From the NCBI RefSeq assembly GCF_001194135.2, contig NC_068982.1, positions 48,900,340 through 48,963,755 of the forward strand: a stretch of 63,416 nt of DNA. The letters run 5' to 3'. A program made the translations under genes and the position numbers. Positions 22,806 to 36,751 of this stretch are shown piece by piece; positions within the stretch are counted from its first letter, which is position 1, and every line of letters begins with the position of its first letter. The DNA is from Octopus bimaculoides (Eukaryota). The notes beneath the pieces are model-generated. The model searched no databases. It was not told where the DNA came from and was given only the letters and a program-made list of their open reading frames with translations.

Positions 22806-23500
22806 ATTATTATTATTATTTCTTTTTACCACAGGTTTTGTTGGAACTCCATGTGTAGTGAGCTTGCTGCCTGCAGCCTACAGTACCATGCTATCTGTTC
22901 TTTTCAACTATCTAATCCTTTCCTAATTATTCTGGCCATGCCAAGGAGGCAAACCTTTTTGTAACAGTTCTACTGAGCACTCTATTCTGATTTCCTATAT
23001 ATTCCTCTTGATGCCTTCTGATACTATCTCCAAAGACCCAACAATAATTGGTACTATCTTCACCTTTTTCATTTTCCATAGCCAGGCTATTTTGTACTTA
23101 AGAGGGTTATATTTATCTATTCTTTTTGCCTTTCTTCTTGATTATTCATGGGTCAAAGGGGCATGCAACATCAACTATATAGCACATGTGGTGCATCTTG
23201 TTGACCACCAATCTGTTATGTTCTAGCACCTGATCTGTTTGGATTGGGAAATCCCAGAGGATTTTGTAAGTGTCTGACTCTGCCAATCTCTGTGGTTTAT
23301 GCTCATACCACGTCCTGTCCCTCTCTAGCTCCTACTTTTCACACAATTTCCATTGTAACACTTTCACTACTTTATTATGTCACCACAACTTGTAGTGGTT
23401 TTGGGCAAGTCTAAGGCATTCGTTTGTGATATGGGCAATGGTTTCGCCCACTCTATTATAGATATGACACAGTCTAGACACTTGCTCATTTCTAAGGTTG
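22806..23500 (-). pseudogene. R4/Dong-like element 3' portion (CCHC finger, RLE, 3' UTR, (AAT)n)
   Basis: Minus strand: CRLCHIYNRVGETIAHITNEC...WYEHKP...KILWDFPIQTDQVLEHNR...IVDVACPFD...CLLGMARIIRK; the 3' end runs into aataataataat. Confidence 0.85.
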
Positions 23501-23539
23501 ACCCTTCAATTCATGGCCAATATTAATATTACTATTATT

Positions 23540-23970
23540 GCTACATTCTGAGTTCAAATTCTACCATGGTTGACTTTGCATTTCATTCTTTCAGGGTTGA
23601 TAAATTAAGTACCAGTGAAACACTGGTGTTGGTGTTATTGATTTACCCCTCTCCCCAAATTTCGGGCTTTGTGCCTACAATAGAAAGGATTATTATTATT
23701 ATTATTATCATTGCTATTATTATTATCATTATTATTGTTATTGTTATTATTATAAGGCAGTGAGCTGGTAAAATTGTTAGTATGCTGGGCAAAATGCTTA
23801 GCAGTATTTCATCTGTCTTTACATTCTGAGTTCAAATTGTACCAAGGTCGACTTTGCCATTCGTCCTTTCGGGGTTGATAAAATAAGTACCAGTTAAAAA
23901 CTGGGGTCAATGTACTGGACTTAATACCTTCTTCAAAATTACTGGCCTTGTGCCAAAATTTGAAAACAAT
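23540..23970 (+). mobile_element. Tandem SINE family B copies joined by (ATT)n
   Basis: Repeated ttctgagttcaaatt...gactttgc...tttcggggttgataaa..aagtaccag core. Similar clusters at about 32250-32630, 41580-41800, 42090-42290, 45475-45920, 46870-47050, 51965-52350 (minus), 53085-53310 and 55145-55260. Confidence 0.85.
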
Positions 23971-24739
23971 ATTATTATGAGTGAGCAAAACTATTTGCTA
24001 ACTATTAATTTACTATGCTGTTTATGTATTAAAGTCAATGTTTATTTAAGTCAAATTTATTGTGTTTATTGTCAGCTGCCAGAATTTTATGCTCAAAGAC
24101 ATAATGATAACAGTAAGAAAAATTGGAAATGTACAGAACTTTCTATTGTACAAGACACACCATTCATTCTGCTCTAGATTGCTGTTATATTTTCCATTGA
24201 ATATCCATTTGAATGAAATAAAGAGTAAATGTGGTGTCAGAGATGAAATACTGAAAAATATATGAAGCAAAATATACACTTGAATAACAGATGTGTCTTG
24301 CTGAATGTCTTGTTCTCTATTATTTATTATTTATTCAATATTAATGTTTTTGACATAAACATCTTAGTGTTTTGTTTATTGTATGAAAGACTGATGTCAA
24401 GACATTTTTGAATCTGAATTGCTGTGAATCAAGTATAAGGGTATGTTGTTTAAAAAGATATAAAGTTTTAAAGATATCAAAGAAAGGTAGAAATGTCAAT
24501 GCTTTTCACAGACAATAAGGATAAAAGATAAGTAAACTTGTTACATCCAGAAATCTAAATTGGGTGGTGGAGGCATGCGACAGGAGGCAGACGGAGAACA
24601 GAGGGGAGAGAGAGAGAAAGAGAGAGTAGACAAAATCGAGTCGGGGGACTGGAATGAGTGAGAGAGAGAGTGTATTGCATGAGTTGTAGTTTGATTCATT
24701 ACTGTAACATGTAGTGAAGAGCCTATAAAACACAGCCCT

Positions 24740-25335
24740 TCCAGAACTCAGTGTTCTTGAGTTGGGTGAGTCTTCTTAAGAACTTCACATCACTAGACAT
24801 CTTGATCCAGTTTCATCTCTTTTGTGAGGCTCAACAACTTGAGATCAACCCTTACTACTTCTTCCCATGTCTTCATGGATCTCCTTTTTCACAGGTTCCA
24901 TCCGCTTTAAGCAACTAGCACTTCTTTATACAGCTGTCCTCATCCATACACGTCACATGACCAAACCATCGTAGTCTTCTCTCTTGCATACTACATCTCA
25001 TTCCAATTATGACCAATTTTTCTCTCAGCATATTTGCACTTTCTCTTACATGTAAACCAAAGTCTCACATCCATTGGAGCATATTTCATTCCTCTCCAAT
25101 GTTCACAAGTCCTCTGCCTTTGAGGCTCATGTTTCACTACAGTGAAGCATAACCATTTGTACACAAGCATCATACAATCTGCTTTTCACTCTGAGAAAAA
25201 AACCTTTGGTAATAGCTCTGAACTTTCTCCAGACTATTCTTATTCTAGCAACTTTAGTTTCTGAACATCAATCATCACTCACTGATAATTTGGTCACCTA
25301 GGTAACAGAAACTGTGTATGAAAACAGTACTGCAG
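24740..25335 (-). mobile_element. RTE-clade LINE fragment
   Basis: Homologous by eye to the RT C-terminal region of the 26664-27930 and 29070-30038 copies. Confidence 0.75.
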
Positions 25336-26049
25336 CAATGAGCAAATGTAATAAATGGTATTTTCATAGTTTTTAATAATTTAGTTTGAAAACGAGGGAC
25401 AGTACTCATAGCATTTGCAAATATCCTCAGATTAGAATCCTGAAGAAATACAAACATCTTCATAACCTCAAAATAGCTAAAAGGCTTTTTTCTTTTTAAA
25501 TCTAAAATTATATATCACATATTTTACTATTTCCAAATTTTCTATAAAATCCTAAGATTTGTTAGATAAACACACTAAATACAAAGATTATGCAAATTTA
25601 AACCTTTATTCTATTTTTCCTGCTTTAAATAAATACTGTTTCACAATTAATAAACATAAATGTAATTTTGGAGACTTTTTTTTTTCAGGAATTATAAACT
25701 ATTCCAGATTTAGCTTCAGTCTTTCTCTCTCAACCTCTTTCTCTCTCTCCCCTCCTCTTTCATTCACATTTTGTTTCCTATCATTAATTTTAAATCTGTC
25801 AATCTTTGTTGTCAATTGTATGAGGAGTTTTCAAAAGTAAACAGAAACGTTCTCTGTGGTACAAACCCATTGTAGTTCAGGCTTCTGCCACTAGTAGTCA
25901 CTTGATGTGACCCTCAGTCATCAGTCTGCCAACTGAAGTTGTCGAGTGAAGTCGTACTGCCACATAGTGCATCTTTGTTTAGTAGTGCTTTTACCCTGTT
26001 CATCGATTTTTGCAATGGCTAAAACATAGGAATAGCATACTTCCATAGA

Positions 26050-26640
26050 ATTCTATCTGCTGGGAAAAACGGTGGCCAAAACAATTGTCATGCTTCTAAC
26101 AGCTTACAAGGACACTTCCATAAGCAGAACACAAGTTTACAAGTGGTTTTCATGCTTTAGGAATAGTCACTTTTTGCTTGTAGACCACCCTCATTCAGGG
26201 CGACTGTTGAATGAAAACGAATGAAAATTCACAAACTGATCTTGGAGAACTACTACTGAACAATTGACAAAATTTTTGATATGACTTGTGTGTATCCTGG
26301 AGCTCCCGCCAACGAATTTTGAGTGAGGAATTGTAAATGAAAAGAGTTGCAGGGAAATTTGTACCTCCCTTGCTCATAGAAAATCAAAAGCAGTCACAAC
26401 TGAATGCATATCATGAACAGTTGGAAGTTGATCTGGACTTTTTTTTGAAGGTCATCACTGGTGACAAAAGCTGGTGCTCCAGAATTTACAGGTGTGGAAG
26501 AGGTGAAGAAAACAAACGATGGAGGTATTAAAGGGCATCACTTCATAAGAGTTCAAGCACTGCTTCAAACAGAAGAAAACATGTCTGAACTGATGCATTG
26601 CTTCAAATGGAGAATACTTTGAAGGAGATAAAAGTGTAAA
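26050..26640 (+). pseudogene. Internally deleted mariner transposase remnant
   Basis: SRTQVYKWFSCFRN; MKRVAGKFVPPLL; FLKVITGDKSW; then directly the C-terminal CIASNGEYFEGDK. Confidence 0.85.
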
Positions 26641-26663
26641 CATGTAAAATTAAGTGAATAAAA

Positions 26664-27930
26664 TCATCATCATCATCATTTAACGTCCATTTTCCATGCT
26701 GGCATGAGTTGGACGGTTTGACTGAGGTTTGGAGAGCCAGTGGCTGCAACAGGCTTCTGTCTGATCTGGCAGAGTTTCTACAGCTGAATGCCCTTCCTAA
26801 CACCAACCACTCCGAGAGTGTAGTGGACGCATTTTACATGCCACTGGCACAGAAGCCAGTCAGGCGAGCCTGGCATTGATCACATTCAGATAGTGCATTT
26901 TATATGCCACTGGCACGGGAGTCAGTCGGGGGTACTGGTATCAGCCACGATCAGATGCGCTCTTTATGTGCCACTGGCATGAGAGCCAGTCAGAGGGCAC
27001 TGGCCACAGCCACAATTTTGGTTTTGGTTTTACTTGATTCAACAGGTCTTCTTAAGAATGTCATATCGCCTGATGCATCAAGCGTACTCTTAAATGGGCC
27101 GGACATGCAACACAGGCATTGGCCATGGCTGCGATCTCACTTTAGTTTCTGGATCTTCTCAATCACAATATATCTCCAAAGGTCTTGATCTCCTGTCATT
27201 GCCACTGTGAGGCCCAGTGTTTGAAGGTCATGCTTCACCACCTCATCCCATGTCTTCTACAAGTTCCTTCCATAGTTAGGGTATAGTACTTCCACACACA
27301 GCTGCCCTTATCCATAAGTAACACATGACCATACCAGTGCAGTTGTTACTCTTGCACACAACATTTGATACTTCTGATGTCCACCTTTTCTCTCAGTTAA
27401 CTCACACTGTCATGTGTGTACACTGACATTACACATCCAGTGGAACATACTAGCTTCATTTCTTTCAAGCCTACACATGTCATCAGCAGTCATGGCCCAT
27501 GTTTCACTACTGTGTAGCATGGCAGTTTGCACACATGCATCATACAGTCTTCTTTTCATCCTGTGCAAGAGGCCTTTAGTTGCCAGCAGAGATAGGAGCT
27601 CCCTGAACTTTGCCCAGGTTATTCTTATTCTAGCCACTACACGCTCAGAGCAACCACCCCCATTACAGACTTGTTCGCCTAGGTAACAGAAGCTATCAAC
27701 TACTTCTAGTTTTTCCCCCTGGCATGAGATGGAATCTATTTTCTGTACATCTTCAGTGTTTATTGCCCTTGTGCATCTGCCACACACAAAAACTATCTTC
27801 CTGGTTAACCTTCCTTTAATATTGCAGCACCTTTTATGTGTCCATAGCATACACCAGGTATATTGTTTGGAGTGTCTACCCAAGCCTTTTCTACAGATCA
27901 AGCAGGACCATCTACCTGAAGGGGGTTTGT
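26664..27930 (-). mobile_element. RTE-clade LINE 3' portion with (GAT)n tail
   Basis: ORF 27410-27901: KLEVVDSFCYLG...ARIRITWAKFRELL...LYDACVQTAMLHSSETWAM...RLERNEASMFHWMC, typical of the RTE RT C-terminus; tail at 26664-26680. Confidence 0.9.
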
Positions 27931-29069
27931 GATTTGTCAGCCTTCCTACTTACTTAGACTTTGATTATTGCAAAATTTTGGTTTCTTTTGGGTACCCCTT
28001 CCTATTCCCAAACTAAAGACAATAACTAATATTGATTTCCTTTTTTAGTCTTACAGCTAAATTATTCGAAGACAGTTACTTCATTGCCGTATAGAAGTTA
28101 TGTCTTACTCTATGTTGAATCCTGTTTCGGACCACTTTTGTCATGTTCCAACAAAATTTTCTTTTTTATATTTCTTTATCCTTTTCTAATTCTTTGATTT
28201 AAGTAGATAAAGAGTCCTTTTTTGGTTTTATCAAATATTCTAACAGAACAAAGCAGTTATATTTAAACCATTTTCCAATATCCATGAATGCAATGAAACC
28301 TCTACAATAACAGAAACAAATTTTACCAAATGTAATGTAATTTAAAAGCCATTGACATCTTCATTCCTTTTGTATAGCACATTTTATTACTGAAAAGTTA
28401 TGCAATCATTTTATGCACATTTAAAAGATATTTTTCTATGCTTTTAGCATCTATGATCATCATAATCACCATCAACTGTAGCAACCTCTTTTCTTTTAAA
28501 TAAAAAGAACTATAGTTGCTGAGTAATACTTCATGTGTAATTTCACTAAATGGAGAGATGGTCGGTATCTAACTGGTTACCAAACAGATTTTAACAAAAG
28601 TAGTTTTGAGTTTGATGCAATGAATGTACAATGGTAAAAGGTAAAAATTTATTCTCCATAGAAAGTAAAGGAACAAGTTATATGATATACTTATCATTTC
28701 AGTAGCTTTCATAATAAAAAAAAACCCATAAAAATATGCTAGCTGTATTTTCTAAAAAAAAATAATTAATTAAATTATGAAATAAATACTTTTTTTATTA
28801 ATCTATTTGAATATTAAATATGAATATTTAGCAAAAATATTTCCTACTGCTGAATCAGTTTACAAATTTCAAGTGATGTTTCAAACCATGAAAATTTATT
28901 GTTGAATAGTTAGTGTTCTCATAATTAAGTTAATGTTAGTATATTTAATGTATGTACTATTTAAGAATGCTGACTATAAATAATTATGTGCAAAGATAGA
29001 AACTATACTAATAAATGACTGATGTAGTTTTAGCTATTTCAGCTGGGAGAGTAGTGAATCTGCAGAATC

Positions 29070-30038
29070 ATTAGAGTGTATGTACACAGTGTAGACTATA
29101 GACACACAAGAGGTGCAGTGGAATAATAGGAAGGTTCTCAGAGAAAGTAGAGTTCATTTGTGGGAGATGCACAGGAGCCATAAAAACTACAGATACTAGA
29201 GGAATTGTTTCTCCCAAATGCCCTGGTGGCTCATAATGGGTTGTGGATAATTTCTGCAACTTAGGGGATAAAATTAGTAGTGGGTGATGTACAGAGAGTT
29301 TAATAGCTAGAATAAGACTAGGATGGAGGAAATTCAGAGAGCTTTTACCTCTGTTGGCTATGAAAGGTTTCTCTTTCTGAGTCAAAGGAAGATTGTATGA
29401 TGCATGCATACAGACAGTTCAACATGGTAGTAAGATGTGGGCCCTGAATGCAGAGGACATGTGAAGGTTAGAGAGGAATGAAACTAGTATGCTCTGCTGG
29501 ATGTGTAATGTAAGTGTACATGTTCAACAGAGTGTCAGTGTATTGAGAGAGAAGTTAGGCATAAGAGGAATTAGATGCAGTGTGCAAGAGAGAAGACTGC
29601 ACTAGTTTGGTCATGTGATGGGGATGGATGCCAACAACTCCATAAAGAACTGCCAGTCTCTCAAAGTAGATGAAATATGGAAAAGGGAGACCAAAGAAGA
29701 CATGGAACAAAGTACTGAAGGACACAGGATGCTGAACCTTTGAGACAAGATGACAAAGTACCAAAATACCTAGCACCTTGCTGTACACAAGATGTCCTGT
29801 ACTCCACAGTAGAAGTGTTAACATCTCTTCCCCTAGTGAAGGGATTTAGCCTGCAAGAGTCATGTGCCGGTATCACATAAAAAGCACCCAGCACACTCAG
29901 TAAAGTGGCTTGCATTAGGAAGGGCATTCAGCTGTAGAAACCATACCATATCAGACTGGAGCCTGGTGCAGCTATCTGGCTTGCCATTCAACCCATGCCA
30001 GCATGGAAAATGGATGTCAAATGATGATGATGATGATG
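29070..30038 (+). mobile_element. RTE-clade LINE 3' portion, inverted relative to the 26664-27930 copy
   Basis: ARIRLGWRKFRELLPLLAMKG...GRLYDACIQT; 3' UTR ends catggaaaatggatgtcaaatgatgatg. Confidence 0.9.
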
Positions 30039-30190
30039 GTAGTGGTGGTGGTGGTGGTTGTGGTGGTGGTTGTGGTGGTGGTTGTGGTGGTGGTGGTGGT
30101 GGTGATGATGATGATGATGATGGTGGTGATGATGATGACGACAGCAACAATGACGATGATGATGATGATGATGAGGAGGAGGAGGAGGAT
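30021..30190 (+). repeat. Compound trinucleotide tract (GAT)n(GGT)n(GAT)n(GAG)n grown from the RTE tail
   Basis: Directly visible; it accounts for the poly-H/P/D/V/T ORFs in the track. Confidence 0.95.
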
Positions 30191-31435
30191 ATAAGTTGTA
30201 GTAATGAAGTGAAACCAAATACTGCATAATAAATGATGAGAAATGCACCCATTACACAAGACCTTTCTCATTTATAACATTTCAAAATATAAACCAGTTG
30301 TTGGCCCTCCCACTTTTGACTCAGTAGATCATCCACAACCTAACTGCTGGAAAGAGAAAGAGATTCATTCACATACAGCTGATACTCATATTCATTTCAT
30401 TTGAATAGTGTGGAGCAAAATGAAATGAAATACCTTGCTCAAGGATGCAACATGCCACCAGACATATTTATATCTTAGTGTAATTCAGCGAAAATATGCT
30501 GCATTGCTTTGGGGTATTTATCCTACTCCAGTTACGCAAACACTTCTTTGTCACTCTGAGCACATGGAAATGCAGTGATTGGCACATTGGAAACCAATGA
30601 TGTTATTCTTCTCTAAATACATGCTAGAAAGTGAAAAAAAAAAACGAAAAAGAAAATGAAAATAAAAAACCCAAAATATTAGATTTTAAACCAATGTGTT
30701 TCTTTCGGTTCCAAAAAACAAAAAAAAAAGGAGAAAAAAAAATTAACCAAATGTCTCAATGCTAAAGATTCTTTAAACTAGAAAAAAATTTTTGTTCTTT
30801 ATATCTTTTATAAACCACACATCAGAAAAAGATTCTCGTCTTTTTTATTTTTTTATTCTTGATACACCACACATACTGATCTGTTCTTTTTAATTTTACA
30901 TGCTTCATCCTCTCTTTTTTTAGATTTATTTCTTCCTTATATATTCACTTCCAATCTGGCTCTCTCTGAAGGTAAACCTGCCTGCATGACTGTATGTCTG
31001 TCTGCCTATGTGTCTCCGTCTTTATCACTCACCATCTCAGTATCCCATCTTATCTATACAAATGATATATTTCTTTTTTAAATTGACTTTCCCTAATTGC
31101 TTCTGTGCTTCTGAGCCTCTATCAGTGTCTCTCTCTCTCTCTCTCTCTCTCTCTGCTCTCTTTCTTCCAATTTATCTGTTTCTCATTCTATTTTCTATTC
31201 TTCTTCTTCTTCTCCTTCCCTTTTACTCTTTCAATTTCTTACCTGTTTGGTGTCTGTTCAGGCTGCTTTTGTCTCATTTCCTGATGCTGTATATGCTTGT
31301 TTCTCTTTCTATGTACGCATGGAAATAGCTTCCTCTAATATTCTTTGTAAATCACACACACACACAATCTATCTAAATGCATGTAAATATATATATATAA
31401 GTATATATATATATATATGTATACATGTATACATG

Positions 31436-31467
<32 letters not shown>

Positions 31468-33430
31468 TGCATATATATAAATATATATGTATATATTTAT
31501 ATATCATTATCATCATTGTAATGATGTAATGTTTGTTTTCCATGCTGGCATGTGTACACACAAAAGCATATACACATGCACACATAAATTCATTAATATA
31601 TTATATGCATATACATGCACACACACACACACATACATACATACAAAGGTACACACAGATATAATCATTCCAGTTAATCTATTACATAATTTCCTCCTCT
31701 TTCCTAATCTCACCTAAAACCAGGATTGTCAAAAGACTCAGCAACGTTTTTGAGAAAGAAGCTGTTGCTCTCTCATCTGTTATGTTTGATGCTGCAACTT
31801 TGTTAATAACCTTTGGGCCAGCATCAAAATCTGATCCACAATGCATTGTTGTTCTACAACAGCTATTTATTCCAAGTCTTTTTTTGTATTTTTGAGATTT
31901 TTTTTTTGTCAAGAATGTTTATAAATTGGAAGGGTGTTTTTGTGTATTTTTTTCAAGAAATCTTTCCAATCACGCAAGACCTAAAACGAAAAACCAGTTC
32001 TGTGATTTGCTATATATTTTTTAATTACATAGTTATTACATATGTATTTTTTTATTTAGCAGTGCTCCAGCATGGCCACAGTCAGATGACTGAAACAAGT
32101 AAAAGAGTAAAGGAATAATTTTTGTATTTGTTTTTGCACCTTTTGGTATAAACTAAGTTAGCTATTCTCATTATTATTCTGATTATTTTTCATTCATTCA
32201 TGTTTTGCCGTTTTATTATTAGAATTCAAAACATAAAGACAGACGAAATGCCACACAAAATGCTTAGCATTTCATCTGTCTTCACGCTCTGAGTTCAAAT
32301 TCTGCTGAGGTCAATTTTGCCTTTCATCATTCTGGGGTCAATAAAAAAAGTACCAGTTGAGTACTGGGATCAACATAATCAACTTACCCCTCCCACAAAA
32401 TTGCTGGCAGTGTGTCAAAATTTGAGATCATTATTGTTATTACTATTATTATTATTAAGGTGGTGAGCTAGCAGAATTATTAGCATGCTGGCCTTATGTT
32501 CTGAGTTCAAATTCTGCCAAGATCGACTTTGCCTTTCACCCTTTCAGGATCAATAAATTAAGTACCAGTGAAACACTTCCCGCAAAATTTCAGGCCTTGT
32601 GCCTATAGCAGATAGAATTATTATTGTTACTATTATTACTATATAATGTTTTTGTCTTAGTCAATGAAGAATATCTATTTTACTCTCCAAGATTTGCTTT
32701 GCTGTGCAGCTTCTGGCATATTCAAAATATCATTAATCTAACAATCATTTGGATTAGCAGTTTCTAAACCTGGTCGTCCACAAATTACTGGTCTTCCACA
32801 AATTATTGGAGGACTTTGAGCTTATAAGTTCATAATACAGGTTTCCAATTTTGGCACAGGGCCAGAAATTTCAGGGTCGTGAATAATGATCAACTGGTAC
32901 TTATTTTATTAACCCCCTAATAGGATGAAAAGCAAAGCAGACCTCGGCAGAATATGAGCACAGAACATCAAGTTGCAAGAAATGCTGCTAAACATTTCAC
33001 CTGGAGCAAAATGACTCTACCAGCTCACCACCTTAGTTAAGTCTATAATACAGGCTTAAAATTTTAGCACAAGGCCTGCAACTTGGGAGAGGTGTTTTGC
33101 TCCAAAGCACAGTGCATTGCTTGGTTCAAGTATCGAAACCACAATCTTACAATCAAGAATCCAACACCCTAACCACTAAGCCATGTACCTTTACTATTTA
33201 GACAAATGGAATTATTTTTACCAAAAGTTTTTTTTTTTATCCTGTCATTCATATTATACTGTAGCAATGGGCAAACTATTCATATCACGATTACTATAAA
33301 CAGGTACTATTAAGGAGTTCATGTAACTTTTATTAGGTGTTCTTTTCGGAGTACTGTATATTAATAAAAACTGTAGATGATGCGGCTTAGAAGTTCTCAC
33401 AGGTCAGCCATGATCATCAAATACAATATA

Positions 33431-33935
33431 TCTTATCTTCTTATTAAGCTCCTCACTTCCTATGGAGCATAGGCCATTGTCACTGTTCTCAAACTTCCGT
33501 TGTCTTTTCTGGTTCTCGCCTTTTGGGTATCTTCTTTTTCACTCCTGCTTCAGCATCCTGCCTCCGATTATTTATAGAAGGTTTTCTCTTCTCCCTCCCT
33601 TGTGGGTTCCAGTCCCTGACATGTGATGCAGGATGTTGGTTTTCTTTCAGATTTTGCTACATTGCATCATATGTTTCCCTGAGGGAAGGCCTTCCTCTCC
33701 CAGGTTTTGTTAATTTTGAATTGTCACCAATAATTCTATAACAATACTTTTTATTTTCTGTTTGTCCCAAGCAAGACACATTTTTACCGCTAAAAAGGAG
33801 GTGGTCCATTTTAGTATGGACACTATCCTTTGATCTGCCCAGTGTCGTAGGCTCTAGGCTCTAGCCAGAGAGCAATACCTACTGGTATAACTCTCTGGAT
33901 CATTGAGGCATGCAAACCAGTACACAACAAGGAAC
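33431..33935 (-). mobile_element. Second RTE-type family, internally deleted (5' UTR-like and 3' end pieces)
   Basis: The minus strand ends ...NGLCSIGSEEL*; the 5' piece tgcatgcctcaatgatccagagagttatacc resembles RTE 5' UTRs. Confidence 0.6.
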
Positions 33936-34778
33936 TGATGCTGTGATAGATATAATAGATATAATTACTGACTAATCCCTTTGTATTTTTAAGATGGCTA
34001 TAAATAATTTGAAGTGGATTTTGTTGCAATTTTTTTCTTTAAGTTTGAGCTACAAAACATAGGCTTCCCTCATCTTGATTAAAATGATGGTTTTGTTAAT
34101 TTGTAGCACTGTGTTCAATTCTTAAGGCAGTCTTTAACAAAGATTATCTTATATTAAAGATTATAGTTTTTATTATATCATCCATTGATTTGTGACTGAA
34201 TTCAAATATAATTCATGTAAATAATTTCATGTCAGAATACTTGTATAATAAATATGAATAAAATATAAAATATATTAAAAACATGTCCATATTCATTGGT
34301 AAGTCATATGGAAAGTAGGTCTTATATTGTAAAAATTGGGGAAAATTTATTTGATTAAAAGCTATTCATTGCAAAACATGAAACCAAAATTTAATTCTTT
34401 TCTTCCCTCTACATTTAAATAAATTTTTTTTTTTTTTTAGATATCATTGAATTTTACATTAAGATTTACATGATCTTCTAAATACTAAGTTTTGAAATAC
34501 TTCATTACCATGCAAAACAATGTGTGTGTGTGTGTGTGTGTGTGTGTNNNNNNNNNNNNNNNNNNNNNNNNNNNNNNNNNNNNNNNNNNNNNNNNNNNNN
34601 NNNNNNNNNNNNNNNNNNNNNNNNNNNNNNNNNNNNNNNNNNNNNNNNNNNNNNNNNNNNNNNNNNNNNNNNNNNNNNNNNNNNNNNNNNNNNNNNNNNN
34701 NNNNNNNNNNNNNNNNNNNTATATATACGCACACACACATATCATATCTAATATTTATACACACACATACAATATCTA

Positions 34779-34823
<45 letters not shown>

Positions 34824-35317
34824 CTATATAAATTGTGTTTATATAAAATATTTATATATATGTGTGTATATATCTGTGTGTATGTGTATGCACCCACACA
34901 CACGCATATATATAGTATGGATGTATGTGTGTATATATGCATATGTACATAATATACCTATATTGTGTGTGTATATGTATACACACACACTCATACACAT
35001 GTATATAATTACACACTGACTAATGGGTAGAATAAATAGTGTTTTTAGAATGAATAACTGACTGATCAATGTATATCTAATAATAAATAAATTGATATAT
35101 ATCCGATGACATAAATATAAATGTACATCAAATTATATCAAGACTTAATAAACCATTGATAGATACTTTCACATTTCAAAAGAGTAAAAGCAACATTATT
35201 GACTCTATTTAATCACTGTTGCATGAATGACATTTACACTAATGTAAAATTAAAGATATATAGATCAATAACTATTCAATAATTTGTGTGTTGAAGAATA
35301 TTATATGATTCAACATA

Positions 35318-35348
<31 letters not shown>

Positions 35349-36469
35349 GTTTTAAATATAAATTAAATACCAGTAAATTAGAATATTCTGAATGACATGT
35401 AGATGAATAAATATATTAAATGACAAATCAATGACTGGTGAAGAAAGTACAAGGATTCCTTACTTTAAGGATACTCTGGTTATCGGCTCCAACACTTAGG
35501 AAATTGCAAAGCATGACCAGTATAATTACAGGATATGGCCAGTGATTCCATTTTATGCAACCTCTAGCTAATTGTGATTTTAAACCAAAAAACAGTGTGT
35601 GTGTGTGTGTGTGCATATATGTATATATGTGTATATATATATATGTATATATATATACAATTACATGNNNNNNNNNNNNNNNNNNNNNNNNNNNNNNNNN
35701 NNNNNNNNNNNNNNNNNNNNNNNNNNNNNNNNNNNNNNNNNNNNNNNNNNNNNNNNNNNNNNNNNNNNNNNNNNNNNNNNNNNNNNNNNNNNNNNNNNNN
35801 NNNNNNNNNNNNNNNNNNNNNNNNNNNNNNNNNNNNNNNNNNNNNNNNNNNNNNNNNNNNNNNNNNNNNNNNNNNNNNNNNNNNNNNNNNNNNNNNNNNN
35901 NNNNNNNNNNNNNNNNNNNNNNNNNNNNNNNNNNNNNNNNNNNNNNNNNNNNNNNNNNNNNNNNNNNNNNNNNNNNNNNNNNNNNNNNNNNNNNNNNNNN
36001 NNNNNNNNNNNNNNNNNNNNNNNNNNNNNNNNNNNNNNNNNNNNNNNNNNNNNNNNNNNNNNNNNNNNNNNNNNNNNNNNNNNNNNNNNNNNNNNNNNNN
36101 NNNNNNTATATATATTTATATATATATATATAAATGTATGTAAAGAATGTTTAAAGTGGTGTACAGATACTGTATTTTGAGAAAAGGATGCAATCAGAAT
36201 TTCCAATAATTCTTTCTTAGCGCTTTTATTTGTTAACCTAACTCTTCAAGACAAACATTAAAACCGAAAAGGTTTTGGTTTCAAGTTTTGTCTGGAAGTG
36301 TTCAGTTAATGAACAAAAGTGTTAATAAAGAATTATCCAAAATTCTGACTGCCTCCTTTTTCTCCATATGTGTGTGTGTATCTATGTATATATATGTAAA
36401 ATCGTCATTATCATCATCATCATTTAACATCCACTTTCCATGCTGCTTTGGTTGAATGAAAGCCATTTG

Positions 36470-36651
36470 AACGTTTTCAAAGAAGAACCACTTGGTCATG
36501 TTTATGTTGTCATACCAAAACCAGGTGAACTGTATTATTTAAGAATTTTATTGCAAGAAGTTCAAAATAGTATTTTGTCTTTTCCCTCTGCGCATCAACA
36601 TTTTCAACTTGGAGAGGCTGTGATCCAACAGGTCACAGCGGGAACATCTAG
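36470..36651 (+). mobile_element. Small deleted Helitron: Rep/helicase fragment fused to the 3' terminus
   Basis: LGHVYVVIPKPGELYYLRILL resembles the Helitron GRxYxVxPxxGExYYLRxLL motif; hairpin GCTGTGA..TCACAGC (36617-36639) is followed by CTAG|T (36648-36651). Confidence 0.8.
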
Positions 36652-36664
36652 TGTATATATATAT

Positions 36665-36751
<87 letters not shown>

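Noticed and set aside
22340-22860. Several 45-90 codon open frames on both strands
   Set aside because: No motif, weak splice sites and stops in every consistent exon model.
14100-28200. Short peptide resemblance KRKIVLEQHKSG (about 14115, plus) versus KKKILLEHDKSG (about 28150, minus)
   Set aside because: Both frames are closed by nearby stops and the sequence is A-rich and low complexity; probably chance.
29860-30271. Poly-His/Pro/Asp/Thr ORFs on several frames
   Set aside because: Translations of a compound trinucleotide tract grown from an RTE tail.
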